Virus record (IMG/VR): IMGVR_UViG_3300036770_002369
Span: 1-57,863 of that record
Reading direction: 5' to 3' (one strand)
Length of the DNA stretch: 57,863 bases
From: a virus
Taxonomy: Duplodnaviria > Caudoviricetes
How positions within the stretch are numbered: position 1 is the first letter of the stretch; each line of letters starts with the position of its first letter. Below the pieces are notes generated by a model. It was not told the DNA's origin. It made no database searches and saw only the letters and a program-made list of their open reading frames with translations. This document shows, one piece after another, positions 24,028 to 35,300 of the stretch. A program made the translations under genes and the position numbers.

Positions 24028-27000
24028 ATGCCGGGCACCACTCCTAAGTTCCGGGGCCTCGACAACGTCTTCCGAGAGAATCAAGTCCTCTCGACAGACA
24101 GCCCCTACAAGTTTTTTGAGGGGACCATCGACCCCAACACCGTAGATGTCCAGGTGTCTATCCGGGGTGCCGGGTTCACCTCGGACCCTGATCTGGTGGT
24201 CTTTGAGGGTACGACTTTCACCATCCCGAACCCCTCCGCTTATCCAGAGGGGTTGCACTTGTTTCCGGGCGACAATGTCATCCGCGCCAAGTCGGTTTTG
24301 ACCTCGGGGGACGCGACCCCGTGGGCCACCGTCAACGCTCGCCTCTCCTTGGAGCGAGACGTACAAGCGGACGCCCTTCCTCCGACCGGCGTGTTCATCG
24401 AACGCAAGGACCGCGTGGTCACCATCAACGTCGAGGGGATCGACGATGAGCGGATCACGGGCTATCACTTCTATGCCTCCACCTCGCCGGGCGGGGGCAC
24501 GGTCGGTTACTACAGGATCAATCCGGCCCTCGTCATCACGGGAGCCTCTCAAGAAGAAGTCTCACCCCTCCAGACCTTCACCTCAGATTCCGATACCGCC
24601 CTGACTCCGGCAGGACTTCCTGCCGCAGATCCCCTCCTGTTCAACCTTGTCGGGAACCAAACCGACTCCACCGGGAACATCATCGAGGCGGAGTTCAACG
24701 AGAACGTCACGATTCCGGAGACGGTCACCCGGTTCCGTGTAGACGTGTCGCTCTCGTCCGTTCGCACCTTCCAGCGATTTTCTTTCACGCACGACCGGCT
24801 TGCGACGCTCAACTCGATCAACAATCCCGCTATCCCAAACGCAGAGTTCAACTCGATCCTGACGACGGACCCCCTGTACTACGTCGTGACCGCCGTCTAC
24901 AACATCAACGGGACCGAGTACGAATCGGAGTTTTCACCAGAGGTCTCGGGCGCTCCGATCATTTTGAGCCCGACCATCGGCACCCTTCCCTCGGTCACCC
25001 GGCAGCAGATCGTCCGAGACACGGTTCTTTCGATCCAGCGGTCGCAGCCTAACATCGACGTGAAGCCGGGGTCCGTGACCCGCGACGTGTTCATCGACCC
25101 CTTCTCCTCGGAGGCAGAACGCATCCGGTTCATCGTGGATTTTCTCCACAAGGCCCAAGCCTTTTCCTCCCTCCTGGAGATCGACGACCCGGGCAACACG
25201 GGCTTCTCCATCCCTGTGAGCCAGTCGAGCTACAAGACGGCGCTCAAGTACGCCTTCTTTTTGACGGGAGACGCAGACGTTCAGACGGTCATCAACAACG
25301 CCTTTGACCACCTCGCCGCTCGCCGGGGCGTTACGCGCCTCTCAGGTAAGCGCGCCCGGGGCGAGATCACCGCCTATACGACGACTCGCCCGACGACTAC
25401 CCGGGTCATTCCTATCGGAACCGTCGTACTGGGAGGGGCCGTGAACTTCCGGACGACCTCCGCAGGACAGATCAGCACGGGCGGAGCGGGTGTCTCGTAC
25501 AGCCCCTCTACGGGCCGCTACTCGACTCGCGTCTTCGTCCAAGCAGACGCCCCCGGAACAGCAGGGAACATCGGTCCTGGGGCCGTCCAAGGCTTCCAGA
25601 ACGGCCCTTCGGGTGTCCTGGCAACCAATGAGTCCTTCATGTTCGGCGGAACGAACACGGAGACGAACCGAGAGCTTGCGACTCGTGCCGATGGCGTTCT
25701 TTCCTCGGTCGATAGCGGGACGTATCGGGGCTACACGCAAACCGCGACCTCGGTCCCCGGCGTCAGTCAGGTCAACGTGGTCGATGCCGGTCACGCCCTC
25801 ATGCTTCGGGACATCGACCCCGCGACGGGCCAGCATCTCGGTGGCATGGTGGACATCTGGCTCAAGGGAACCAACCTGGCGACGGTCACCGACGTCTTCG
25901 CTTTCTCCTTCGAGATCAAGAAAGCCATTCAGTTCGAGCCTATCGGGGACCTCGCAGACCTCAAGTTCCGCGCCGTGGACCCCGACCTGAGCGCATCGAA
26001 CCCGATCATCGAAATGCTCGACTATCCGGCCTACGGGTACGAGTTCGAGAACATCACGACCGGGCAAGTCCTCGACCTCACCGACGTGATCATCCTTCCG
26101 CCGGACGGGATTCAGCTTTCGGCGGACTACAACGACCCCATCAACAATCACATGGGGGACATCTTCCGGGGGTCTTACCGCTATCGCACGAGCGACAAGT
26201 ACGTCTTCCCGCGCCAGCCCGTTCGGTCCATTGTCTCCCTCACCGGAGACCCCACCCTCACGAATGTCGTGAGTCCGACCCTGTATAGCCTGTTCCACCC
26301 GGAGAGCCCTCTAGGGCGAGGTCGATCTACGGTCGCAGGCGACTACCTACAGGTCGTTTTGCCTGTGAACAGCACCCTTCCGACGATTCCCTCGGGAGTC
26401 CCGGTTCAGGTCACCAACGAACCCCATGTTCTTCTCGGGGGTGTCGAGTACCTGGAGAACCTGGGCATCAACCCGCTTTCCGTGGTCATCACCAGTACGG
26501 ACGGGACCATCACTTACGTCAGCCCCTACGATCCCAGTGTGGCGGGCGGAGCGACCCCTGATTACGTCTTCACGGACGAATCCGGTTCGACCCCTCTAGG
26601 CTTTACGCTTCCCACCGGGTCTCAGCTTGCTGTGGGGGACGAGGTGCTCGTCAGCTACCTCCATGATGAGAACTTCACTGTCGCCTACACGACCAATCTG
26701 CTCGTGACCGTCGCGCAGGATACCGTGAACAAGACCCGTCATGCGACGGCGGACGTCCTCACGAAAGAAGGTATCCCGGTCGCCGTGGACATCTACGCGA
26801 CCATCGTGGTGCGTCGGCGGCAAGACCCCGCCCAAGTGGACAGTGCCGTCCGCTCGGCTCTCGCTCGACTTGTAGGGGCTTTCGGTTTCGGCGTCCCTCT
26901 TCGACAGAGCGACGTGATTGCCGCCATCGAGAACGTGTCGGGAGTCTCTTACGTTATCGTCCCCCTCACGAAGTTGACGCTCGCAGACGAGTCCATGATC

Positions 27001-27552
27001 GTCCAGGAAGTCCTCTCGGCAGGGTCCGGGGAGACCTTCTACGTCACAAACTGGTCGCAGGGTCCGCTGGTAGACGTACACTTGCTGGAGACACCCCTTG
27101 ACTTCGCCACCTTGGACGGAGGCGGGCCAACCAACGAATTTCGGGGCGTGTTCCGCAACGATGTGGTTTTGACGAACTACGAGACGCCGCCAGACATCAA
27201 TGGCGTCCCCTTGAAGAACACCCCCTCTTCGGCGTTCATCATCGGGAACCAAGGGCTCTGGATCCCCGGCTATAGCGACGATGCGACGTTGACGGCGAAG
27301 TACCCCTTCGCGACCCCTGCGGAGATCGCCGCTTATCGGACGACCCTCACGGCCAACCGGGTTCTTCTCGCTTTGCCGAAGGGCGAGACCCCCCAGGACG
27401 CCTCGTATACGGCGACGTATTTCGTGGCGGGCGACAACGGGGTCAAGAGCATCGAGCCCGGACCCGTGGAGTACATCGTCCTCGGGACGCTCGACTTCAC
27501 CTACGATGAGGACACCGACTTCCAAGAGCGCCTCGTGGGTCGGCGGAGGTAG
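24028..27552 (+). CDS. Baseplate J-like (T4 gp6/P2 gpJ) wedge protein, 1174 aa
   Basis: D..PGSV.RD..., A.RRGVTR..G.RARG.I, VQADAPGTAGNI, GGTNTETN.EL..R, VPGV..V.V, G..LRQSDVI..IENV.GVSYV. Confidence 0.85.
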   Translation: MPGTTPKFRGLDNVFRENQVLSTDSPYKFFEGTIDPNTVDVQVSIRGAGFTSDPDLVVFEGTTFTIPNPSAYPEGLHLFPGDNVIRAKSVLTSGDATPWATVNARLSLERDVQADALPPTGVFIERKDRVVTINVEGIDDERITGYHFYASTSPGGGTVGYYRINPALVITGASQEEVSPLQTFTSDSDTALTPAGLPAADPLLFNLVGNQTDSTGNIIEAEFNENVTIPETVTRFRVDVSLSSVRTFQRFSFTHDRLATLNSINNPAIPNAEFNSILTTDPLYYVVTAVYNINGTEYESEFSPEVSGAPIILSPTIGTLPSVTRQQIVRDTVLSIQRSQPNIDVKPGSVTRDVFIDPFSSEAERIRFIVDFLHKAQAFSSLLEIDDPGNTGFSIPVSQSSYKTALKYAFFLTGDADVQTVINNAFDHLAARRGVTRLSGKRARGEITAYTTTRPTTTRVIPIGTVVLGGAVNFRTTSAGQISTGGAGVSYSPSTGRYSTRVFVQADAPGTAGNIGPGAVQGFQNGPSGVLATNESFMFGGTNTETNRELATRADGVLSSVDSGTYRGYTQTATSVPGVSQVNVVDAGHALMLRDIDPATGQHLGGMVDIWLKGTNLATVTDVFAFSFEIKKAIQFEPIGDLADLKFRAVDPDLSASNPIIEMLDYPAYGYEFENITTGQVLDLTDVIILPPDGIQLSADYNDPINNHMGDIFRGSYRYRTSDKYVFPRQPVRSIVSLTGDPTLTNVVSPTLYSLFHPESPLGRGRSTVAGDYLQVVLPVNSTLPTIPSGVPVQVTNEPHVLLGGVEYLENLGINPLSVVITSTDGTITYVSPYDPSVAGGATPDYVFTDESGSTPLGFTLPTGSQLAVGDEVLVSYLHDENFTVAYTTNLLVTVAQDTVNKTRHATADVLTKEGIPVAVDIYATIVVRRRQDPAQVDSAVRSALARLVGAFGFGVPLRQSDVIAAIENVSGVSYVIVPLTKLTLADESMIVQEVLSAGSGETFYVTNWSQGPLVDVHLLETPLDFATLDGGGPTNEFRGVFRNDVVLTNYETPPDINGVPLKNTPSSAFIIGNQGLWIPGYSDDATLTAKYPFATPAEIAAYRTTLTANRVLLALPKGETPQDASYTATYFVAGDNGVKSIEPGPVEYIVLGTLDFTYDEDTDFQERLVGRRR

Positions 27553-27554
27553 AC

Positions 27555-28895
27555 ATGACGGATAAGCCTTCCTCCAAAGACCTACTGCCTTCGCTGATCG
27601 ATCAGAACCCGGCACCTGACGACACCAACAGTCAGGATCGTATCAATGCCGTCCGGTCCCAGGTAGACCGGATTCTTTCGGTCTTCCTCCAGCTACTCCC
27701 GTCGAACTATGTCTCGACGGTCCCGGGTCCCGCGTACACGCTTCAGTACCAGGCCATCGCAGAGCGTATCGCGGATTTCCAAGTCACAGCCCAAGAAGTT
27801 TTTGCGGACTCGGCCTATGACTACACCAGATCCGAATTCCTGTACCGGATGATCGGAGCCTTGGTCTTTCCGGACGCTCAGACCCAAGGCTATCCAGAGA
27901 TCGACGGTGACCTGAGCTACCGCGAATTCCTGCGGCGCATGATCGTCTTGCTCCTTCAAGGGTCCACGGCGATGACCCTCAAGGAAGGCGTCGAGCTTCT
28001 CACGGATGCTGACGTCGAGGTGATCGAACGGGCGGTCATCGCTCGATCCATGCCCCCGGGCTCGACCCCTTGGAGCAGCCCTGAGAACCAGCACGTCATC
28101 GAGATCAATGTTTCCGAAGGTGGGGGGACCAGGTTCCCAGAAGACCCTTTTCGTCTCCAGCGGAACGTCCTCCTCGTTTTGCGGGCACTGAAACCCGCCC
28201 ATGTTCTTTACGACTACCGGCACTTGATGAAGGACTCCTTCGGCCCTCTGTTCGAGGCCGAAGTCTCCTACCAGTGGCAGAACTACTACTACGATGACCT
28301 TCGCCGCTACTGGTACGGGGCGCGAAGCCTTACCGGAACGGCGGGCGTGACGCGCACCGACCGGACTCTGTTTTCGGATGCGACCCGGAGCTTTTACTCC
28401 ATTCGGCCCGGCTGCGAACTCACCGTTTTGACGGGGCCGAACTCGATCAACGCCTCAGTCTCTGACGGGGGGTACGTCGGTCGTTACCGGGTCGTGGACG
28501 TTTTGACCTTCCCGGTTTCGGTGGACAACATCCCTCGCCCCTATACGACCAGCCCCTCGGGCGGAAGCGGAACCGCGACCGTCAATAACGGGACGGTCGA
28601 AGACCCCCTACAGAACTGGGCTTCTTTCGTGGAAGGGGAGATCCTGACCTTCACCTCGGGACCGAACGCGGGGAGCTACCGACTCAGCACGGTGCTGGGG
28701 AACAATGGCGGGCCGCTCGGAACGGCTCCGGGGCCGGGAACCCGGTGTCGAGTCTCACCGGGTATTTTGAGAGTGACCCCCCGTATGAGGACGGTCGCCA
28801 CGGGCCAGTCGTATGAGGTCACCGTGGATCGCCTCGGTGTCCAGACGAATCAAGCGGTCCTTCAAGAGAACGTCTCGATGTTCTTCCTCCCTTGA
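27555..28895 (+). CDS. Baseplate wedge protein, tail protein I / gp7-like, 446 aa
   Basis: YREFLRRMIVLLLQGST...LKEGVELLT and LRALKPAHV motifs, directly downstream of the J-like gene. Confidence 0.7.
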   Translation: MTDKPSSKDLLPSLIDQNPAPDDTNSQDRINAVRSQVDRILSVFLQLLPSNYVSTVPGPAYTLQYQAIAERIADFQVTAQEVFADSAYDYTRSEFLYRMIGALVFPDAQTQGYPEIDGDLSYREFLRRMIVLLLQGSTAMTLKEGVELLTDADVEVIERAVIARSMPPGSTPWSSPENQHVIEINVSEGGGTRFPEDPFRLQRNVLLVLRALKPAHVLYDYRHLMKDSFGPLFEAEVSYQWQNYYYDDLRRYWYGARSLTGTAGVTRTDRTLFSDATRSFYSIRPGCELTVLTGPNSINASVSDGGYVGRYRVVDVLTFPVSVDNIPRPYTTSPSGGSGTATVNNGTVEDPLQNWASFVEGEILTFTSGPNAGSYRLSTVLGNNGGPLGTAPGPGTRCRVSPGILRVTPRMRTVATGQSYEVTVDRLGVQTNQAVLQENVSMFFLP

Positions 28896-28900
28896 GGCGG

Positions 28901-28917
28901 CGTTGAAGGGTCTATAG
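28901..28917 (+). promoter_or_regulatory. Class II motif CGTTGA-AGGGTC-TATAG
   Basis: Same spacing as the other copies, intergenic, upstream of 28957. Confidence 0.6.
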
Positions 28918-28956
28918 GAACGGGCTTCTGAGCCCGCAAAGAAAAGGTGAACCACG

Positions 28957-29355
28957 ATGGCTAACGTCCTATACAACCAGGCCCGGGAAGCATTTGGAAC
29001 GGGCTTGATCGACATGACCTCCGACGACATCCGGGTTCTTCTCGTGGACTCCGGATCGTACTCCCCCAACTTCAACACGGATACCTTCGTGGTCGACGTT
29101 CCTGCGCTCGCTGTGGTGGACCGATCCACGCAGCTTCAGAACGCGGTGATGCCCCTCGGGGTCTTTGACGCCGACGACATCACGGTGACCGGCGTCCCGG
29201 CGCAGAACATCGACCGCCTGATCATCTATCAGAACACGGGCGTTGACGCGACCTCGCGGCTTCTCGTGTACATCGACACCGGCACTGGTATTCCGGTGAC
29301 CCCCTCGGGAGACGTCGAGATTCAGTGGAGCGCCTCGGGAATCTTCCGTCTCTGA
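28957..29355 (+). CDS. Small phage fibre-associated protein, 132 aa
   Basis: MAN.LYN..RE.F..G.ID...DDIRV.LV...FDADD.T.....L..YID...P.TP.G..I.W...GIF.L pattern typical of small phage virion proteins that precede fibre genes. RBS AAGGTG. Confidence 0.75.
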   Translation: MANVLYNQAREAFGTGLIDMTSDDIRVLLVDSGSYSPNFNTDTFVVDVPALAVVDRSTQLQNAVMPLGVFDADDITVTGVPAQNIDRLIIYQNTGVDATSRLLVYIDTGTGIPVTPSGDVEIQWSASGIFRL

Positions 29356-29388
29356 TCAGGAGCCCTCGGAGGAGGTGAGGGGTACGTC

Positions 29389-32300
29389 ATGGCCGACTGG
29401 TTTCTCACCGCTACAACTCCGATAGGCTTCAGCGACTCGCATTGGCTACGGGCGGCTCCTGGCGCGTACAACCAACTCAACGTCAATACCTTCGGGATCG
29501 CGATTCGCTTTCGGATGACGAGCTTGTCCGAGAGCGGATACCTGTTCGTCACGCCTCACGCGCACATCTCGATTGATACGTCGGGAAACATAACCGCTTC
29601 CGTAAGGACGTCTTCCGCATCAGGATTTGCAGCCTACTCGCGCACGACGAGCGTCTCGCCTGTTTCGCTAGGGGTCTGGAACACGGTCGTCCTCGCGAAG
29701 ACCGTACTCGGAGATCCGAACCCCTCTCGGCTCTACCTCAATGGTGTGGACATCGGGAGCGTGTGGGACTCCACCGTCGGGATCCCAGCCACGCCGCCCA
29801 ACTACGAACTTTCAATCAAGAGCCGAGGCTGGACCACATCGGGACTCATGGGGCCGCTCCCCGGGTCGCTTCCCACGAACCAGTCTTTTTGTGGCGACCT
29901 GAACGATGTCGCCGTCTGGAGGAACACGTCTCTCTCGGCGGCGGACGCACTGAGCCTTCATGGTGCAGCATCGGGAACCTGGGCGAGCGTCGTCGCAAGC
30001 CCGACGGACTACTGGGACTGGGACAATCAGAACACGACGGACTCCGGTTCTTTTGGAGCCGTGACCTCTACCTGGCGAGGTTTTTTTCCCCAACTCCAAG
30101 GCACTGATGTCTCCCTGTATGGGACCGACGATTTCGCGGTTAGCCCCGTCAACCCGGAGGTCTTCCGTTATCAGACCGCGTACTCGCAGGTTTTCACCGC
30201 ATACAACGGTGGTGCGGGTCCCTATACCTGGAGCATCTCGGCAGGGTCGCTACCTCCCGGAATCACGCTCGGGGCCTCTTCGACCTCGACGGTCACGGTG
30301 AGCGGAACCACGACCGCGATTGGCCTCACTTACAACTTCACGATCCAAGTTCAAGAAGGGCTGAGTACGGGGACTCAAGCCTATTCCATGACGGTCAACC
30401 CGGGGCTGATTCTCGTAAGCGCCATACCCCCCGGGGCCGTGAATCCCCCCTTTGGCACTCCGCCTCCCCCAGCGGTCGCCCCTTATTCTTTTGCCTTGGT
30501 CGCAACGGGCGGGACCGGACCTACCTCATGGTCACAGTCGGGGACGCTCCCCACGGGGATCACGTTCGATGCGCTCACGGGCACGTTTTCGGGAACGCCG
30601 ACCAACTGGTTGACGACGTCCTCGATCACCGTCACCGCTACTCGCGAAGGGGGTAACTGGTCCTCGGGAACCGTCACCTACGGGATCCCCTTCGACCAAT
30701 TCAATCCGAACAGCCACGACTACTTTTACATCAGTCAGTACAAGACGGAGTTTTCGCCGGGCGACACCTACGACACCCCGGCAACAACCTACGCGCTGCC
30801 CAACGGGGCCGTAGGCGTACCCTACTCAGAACCCGTATTTGTAGCGGTCCTTCTCGAAGATGTGGTCTATCGATCCGGGCTTCTTGATAACTACGGCTCG
30901 CTCCCTCCGGGCCTTTCGGTCACAGGTTTTATCAGTTCTTGGACCATCTCCGGCACCCCCACGACCCCGGGAACGTACACCTTCGCCTTCTACTACGTCG
31001 GGCTTTCGGGGGACCCCATTGAGAGCGGCTATCAAATCTACTCTATTACGGTCCCGGCATCTCCGCTCGACGTGATCGAGCCCGACTTTCTTGACTCGGA
31101 TGCCCTCGTCTACAGCCCGACCGTCCTCGCAGATTCGGCCATCCTTCCGGACTTCTTGGACTCGGACGCCGTCGTCTACAGTCCGGCGATTCTTGTAACC
31201 GCGATCCTCGCGCCGGACTTTTTGGACTCAGACGCCGTCGTTTACAGCCCGTCGCTTCTGGTCTTTGTCCAGCCGGACTTTTTGGATTCGGATGCCGTCG
31301 TCTACGAACCCTCGATTGCAGGGACTTTCGTACAGCCGACCTTCTTGGACTCGACGGGATGGGTAGCCCCTCCCAACATCTCGACCACGGCGGTCATCTA
31401 TCGGGATCGCTTCCTGACCCAGCGGGGTCCGCTCGTCAAAGACTGGGGCGACTGGACTCCTGCGACCCCCCAGGACGTAACGGTCACCGTCAACGGAGTC
31501 GAGGTCGCCGTCGCCTCGGTCAACCCGTACCACGGCGAGATCGTCCTGGCGAGCCCCATCGCCGCGAACGATCCGGCCATCGACGTGCGGGTGGACTACC
31601 AGTGGTTCCCGACGCCTATCATGGGACTCCGGCTGAACGTCCGGGGACTAGGGCTCAACAAGGCCGACCATCGTCGAGGACTCGGAAAGAATAGCTCGAC
31701 CCCCAGCCTCACCTACGGGTCGAACTTGCTAGGACAGGGCTATCAGAGCACCCCGGCGAACGGCGACCAGATCCAGACGCCGACGAATCCAAAGGGCGCC
31801 GTTCGCACCAGTCGGTTCCCCATGACCGTCGTCATCGGCGGACCTCTCGTCCGACCGAAGCCCCTTCTCATCGGCCATCGGTACACGGGCTTTCAGAAGG
31901 GCTACTCGGCGGTCCTCAATAGCCCGACTTCGCTCCGCCTCAACAACTCCCCGAACCGGGTCGCCAAGCCGGGTTTCACAAGAAATCCACAGGGTGAGGT
32001 CTCTGCCTATGAAGGTGAAGTGACCCCCTCAAATGACTGGTTCGAGGAGGGTGACGATTCCGGGTACGTCAATCTCAACCAAGGGACGTACACCCTGATC
32101 GATGCCCAGTCGGGCGCGTTCCTTCCGACCAGCCCTAAGACAGCGTTCTACTGGCGCCGCATCGACCTGAGCTTCCCCGCATCTGTCTACGTCGTGGGGC
32201 GCTTCCAGATCGAGTCCTCAGGCTACCCGTTTAGCTCGACTGACACCAATATCCTGAGTCCAGACGGGGTATTTACGGGCGTAGGTTTCGGTATCCACAA

Positions 32301-35300
32301 CCAGCTTCGGATGTGGTTCGCAGGCGCGCTCGTCATCAACGGCTTGAAGCACGTCGGCCTGCTTGTAGATTCTTCGCGACCCGATCTCGTGACCTCTTGG
32401 AACGTAGGACCTTCCTCGACTGCGGTCATCCAGAGTCGCACCTCGATGTCCGTCATTACTGCCCAAGTCCCGATGGACATCCGACCTGGTCACCGCTTCC
32501 AAGTTCTCACGGGAACCCAGGCGGGCGTCTACACCGCGACCCAAGTTGTTCGCCAGACAGACGGGACCACCACGTTCACCACGAGCCCCGCGTTTCCCGC
32601 TGACTGGAAACGCTATGGGAACCAGTACCCCCAAGTGATCTGGGAGACGCATTGGGACAAGAGCCTGGTGACCTACCGGCTCGAAGTCGCGCCCGAACAG
32701 AACCTCGCGAGCCTCAAAATCTCGGGCTCCACGACTGGGACTGTCGCAACGCTCACTACAGCGGTCTCGATGCCCGACCCGGCAAGTGCGACGTTCTTGT
32801 TTCCAACCGGGGACAATGACCCCCCTCGGTCCTTGTCCTCAGATCCCACCAAGGGTCAGGTCTTCTGGGGGTCTTTCAGCCCTCGGGCGACCAGCCGGAG
32901 CAAATGGTCCTTTTTCCGATATGGTGTCGTACCGGCGTTCCACACGCTGCGGTCCAGTTCGCAAACTGTCGCGGCGGAGATGGACATCCTGCCGGATGAA
33001 GAAACGTACAACCCTTGGTTCGTCACCGAAGACTTCGGATATGCCGTCGCCAGCGGGAACCTGCTGCTCAAATCGACCTCGCAGCACCCCGACCTGGAAT
33101 TCACCTACGGCTATGAACGAACCGAACCCTTCCTTCTACCCAGTGCCTACCTGGACGCTCAGATTAGCCTGAGCGTGGAGTCCGGTGTCCTCGGAACGGG
33201 CGATGCTCAGGTCATCGTGCAGGACACCCAGCGCAAGGTCGTCCTCTCGACACTCCTGTTCATCGAACAGGGAACGGGCCTCAACTACCGCCGCTTGATT
33301 GATCTTCCGTGCGTCTCGCTCAATGGGACGTTCACCCCGGACTTTCAGGACTGGCTCTATACGGGCTCCAGCACCCTCACCTCGGAGACCCGGGGTCCGG
33401 TGCTTCACGTCGAACAAGGGGATGGCGGGCTCTTCTACAACGATGTCGATCTCTCAGGGCTCTCCTATGTGCCCTCCGAAGGTCGCATCTTCGAGGCCCG
33501 TTTCGCGGTTCTTTCGTATACAGCCTCTGGTAACGAAACCAGCATCAGGGTCCGGGCCGAAGTCGATGGGCGGGTCATCCAGATCCGTCTATGGGCAGGG
33601 GTCAGCCCGGCGGTCCACCTCCTTGATGAAACCGGGGCAATAGTCCAAGCCTACAGCTTCGACTGGACGGACGAAGAACCTCATACCTATCGCGTGGTCG
33701 CAGATGCGGATGGGAACACGGTCAGCCTGTCGATAGACGACACCCTACAAGCGCCCACGCTTGCCCTCACCGCTTTTGCTTCCGGCGCAGGGAACACACA
33801 AATCGCCTTCGGGTTGACCTCTCCCGCGATCAACTCGACCGATAGCGTGACCGAATGGTACTCGGTGTCCTATCAGGTGATGCCGCCTTCTACGGCTCGC
33901 CGGACCCTCGGTATCTACAAGGGCGGGGACTCCGAAGAAGATTACAACAACATCAACTTCTGGGAGATCCCGCGAACGGATACCTCGACCGCACCGAACT
34001 CGGCGCAGACCGGCCCGGTCGTCGAGGAAATGGACTGGCGCTCTCCGATGGAGATCCGCTTGTTCCGGTCCCCGACGTGGGGCGTGACGCTGTATCGTCC
34101 CGACCTTCCCTTGCCCCCCTACTATGACCCGGAAGTCTACGGGATTCCGGGGACGGGCTTTGCGACGCAGACGACCGAACCCTCGGCGGGTTGGATCAAC
34201 GTCGAGACGGCCAATCTGCCCCGCGCCTCGAACCTGTTTGGCTCGATTTCTTTTGGTGCTCTTGACAGCCGGTCCTTGACCCAACAGCGGTGGGATTGGG
34301 TCCGCTACCGGCTGTATCGCCCAGCTACCGCAAGCCACATCGCCCCGCAGGGCATGGTCCTGAACCGGGCTAACGTGGTTTCGAGCGGCGACATCTACCG
34401 CGACATCCACCTGGAGACCGTCACGGTCCCGGTGATCGATTCCAAGTCGGTTTCGATCTGGACGGCTCATCAAAAGGCCGAAGAGGTTTTCAAGATCCTC
34501 GACGGGACCACGGCTTACGTCCGCGACGCTTGGACGTTCGACAAGACCACCCAGGTCGTCACGCTCAAGACGGCCAGCTTCGTCTCCGATGAGGTCACGG
34601 TCATCTTCGTTCCCGGTCGCCCGAGCACGACGACCTATCTAAGAAATCAGCCGGTTCTCGACGGGATGACCCGGCTGAACGAGGGGACGCCTCCGGTTCC
34701 CAAGAACCAGACGATCAAGCACTTCCGCGAGCAGTCGCTCATGGACAATCCGACCGACGTGCCCGGTCGGTCCACGGTCCCGGCCTATTCGCCCAACGAC
34801 CCTGCCGGTATCCCGAACTCGACGGCCTACGCGGCGGCAGACACGAATACCCTCGCGGACTTCACGGTCCCGGCTTCGGTCCTTTACGAGAAGATGACAT
34901 TCATCGAAGTCCCTGACGACGGTGAACAGGGGCTCATCGCTCTCGCGACCGATTACGATGACCTCTTGCCTCAAGGCTTTTCCGGCTACGAGAGCATCGG
35001 CGGCGACCCCATCTACGATTCGATTGGGGCGTCCATCGGCGCCGTCGGTCGGGCTACGGGCGCTCGCGTCCTTGCGATGGGCGGGACGTGGACGCTCGAA
35101 CAGAACGTCCTCTACAGGCCCCCTTACGATCAAGGCGGAGGCTTGCCCGGGAGTTTCTTCATCCTCGGAGGAGGGTCGTACCTCGGGCCGGTTGTCAACA
35201 ACGCTGGTCAGGTTACCGGAGCGGCCTCCCTCGGGTCCGTGCTCGGAACCTCGAATCTGCTGTACCCTAGTCACCCGACAACGCCCCAGACCCTTTGGAG

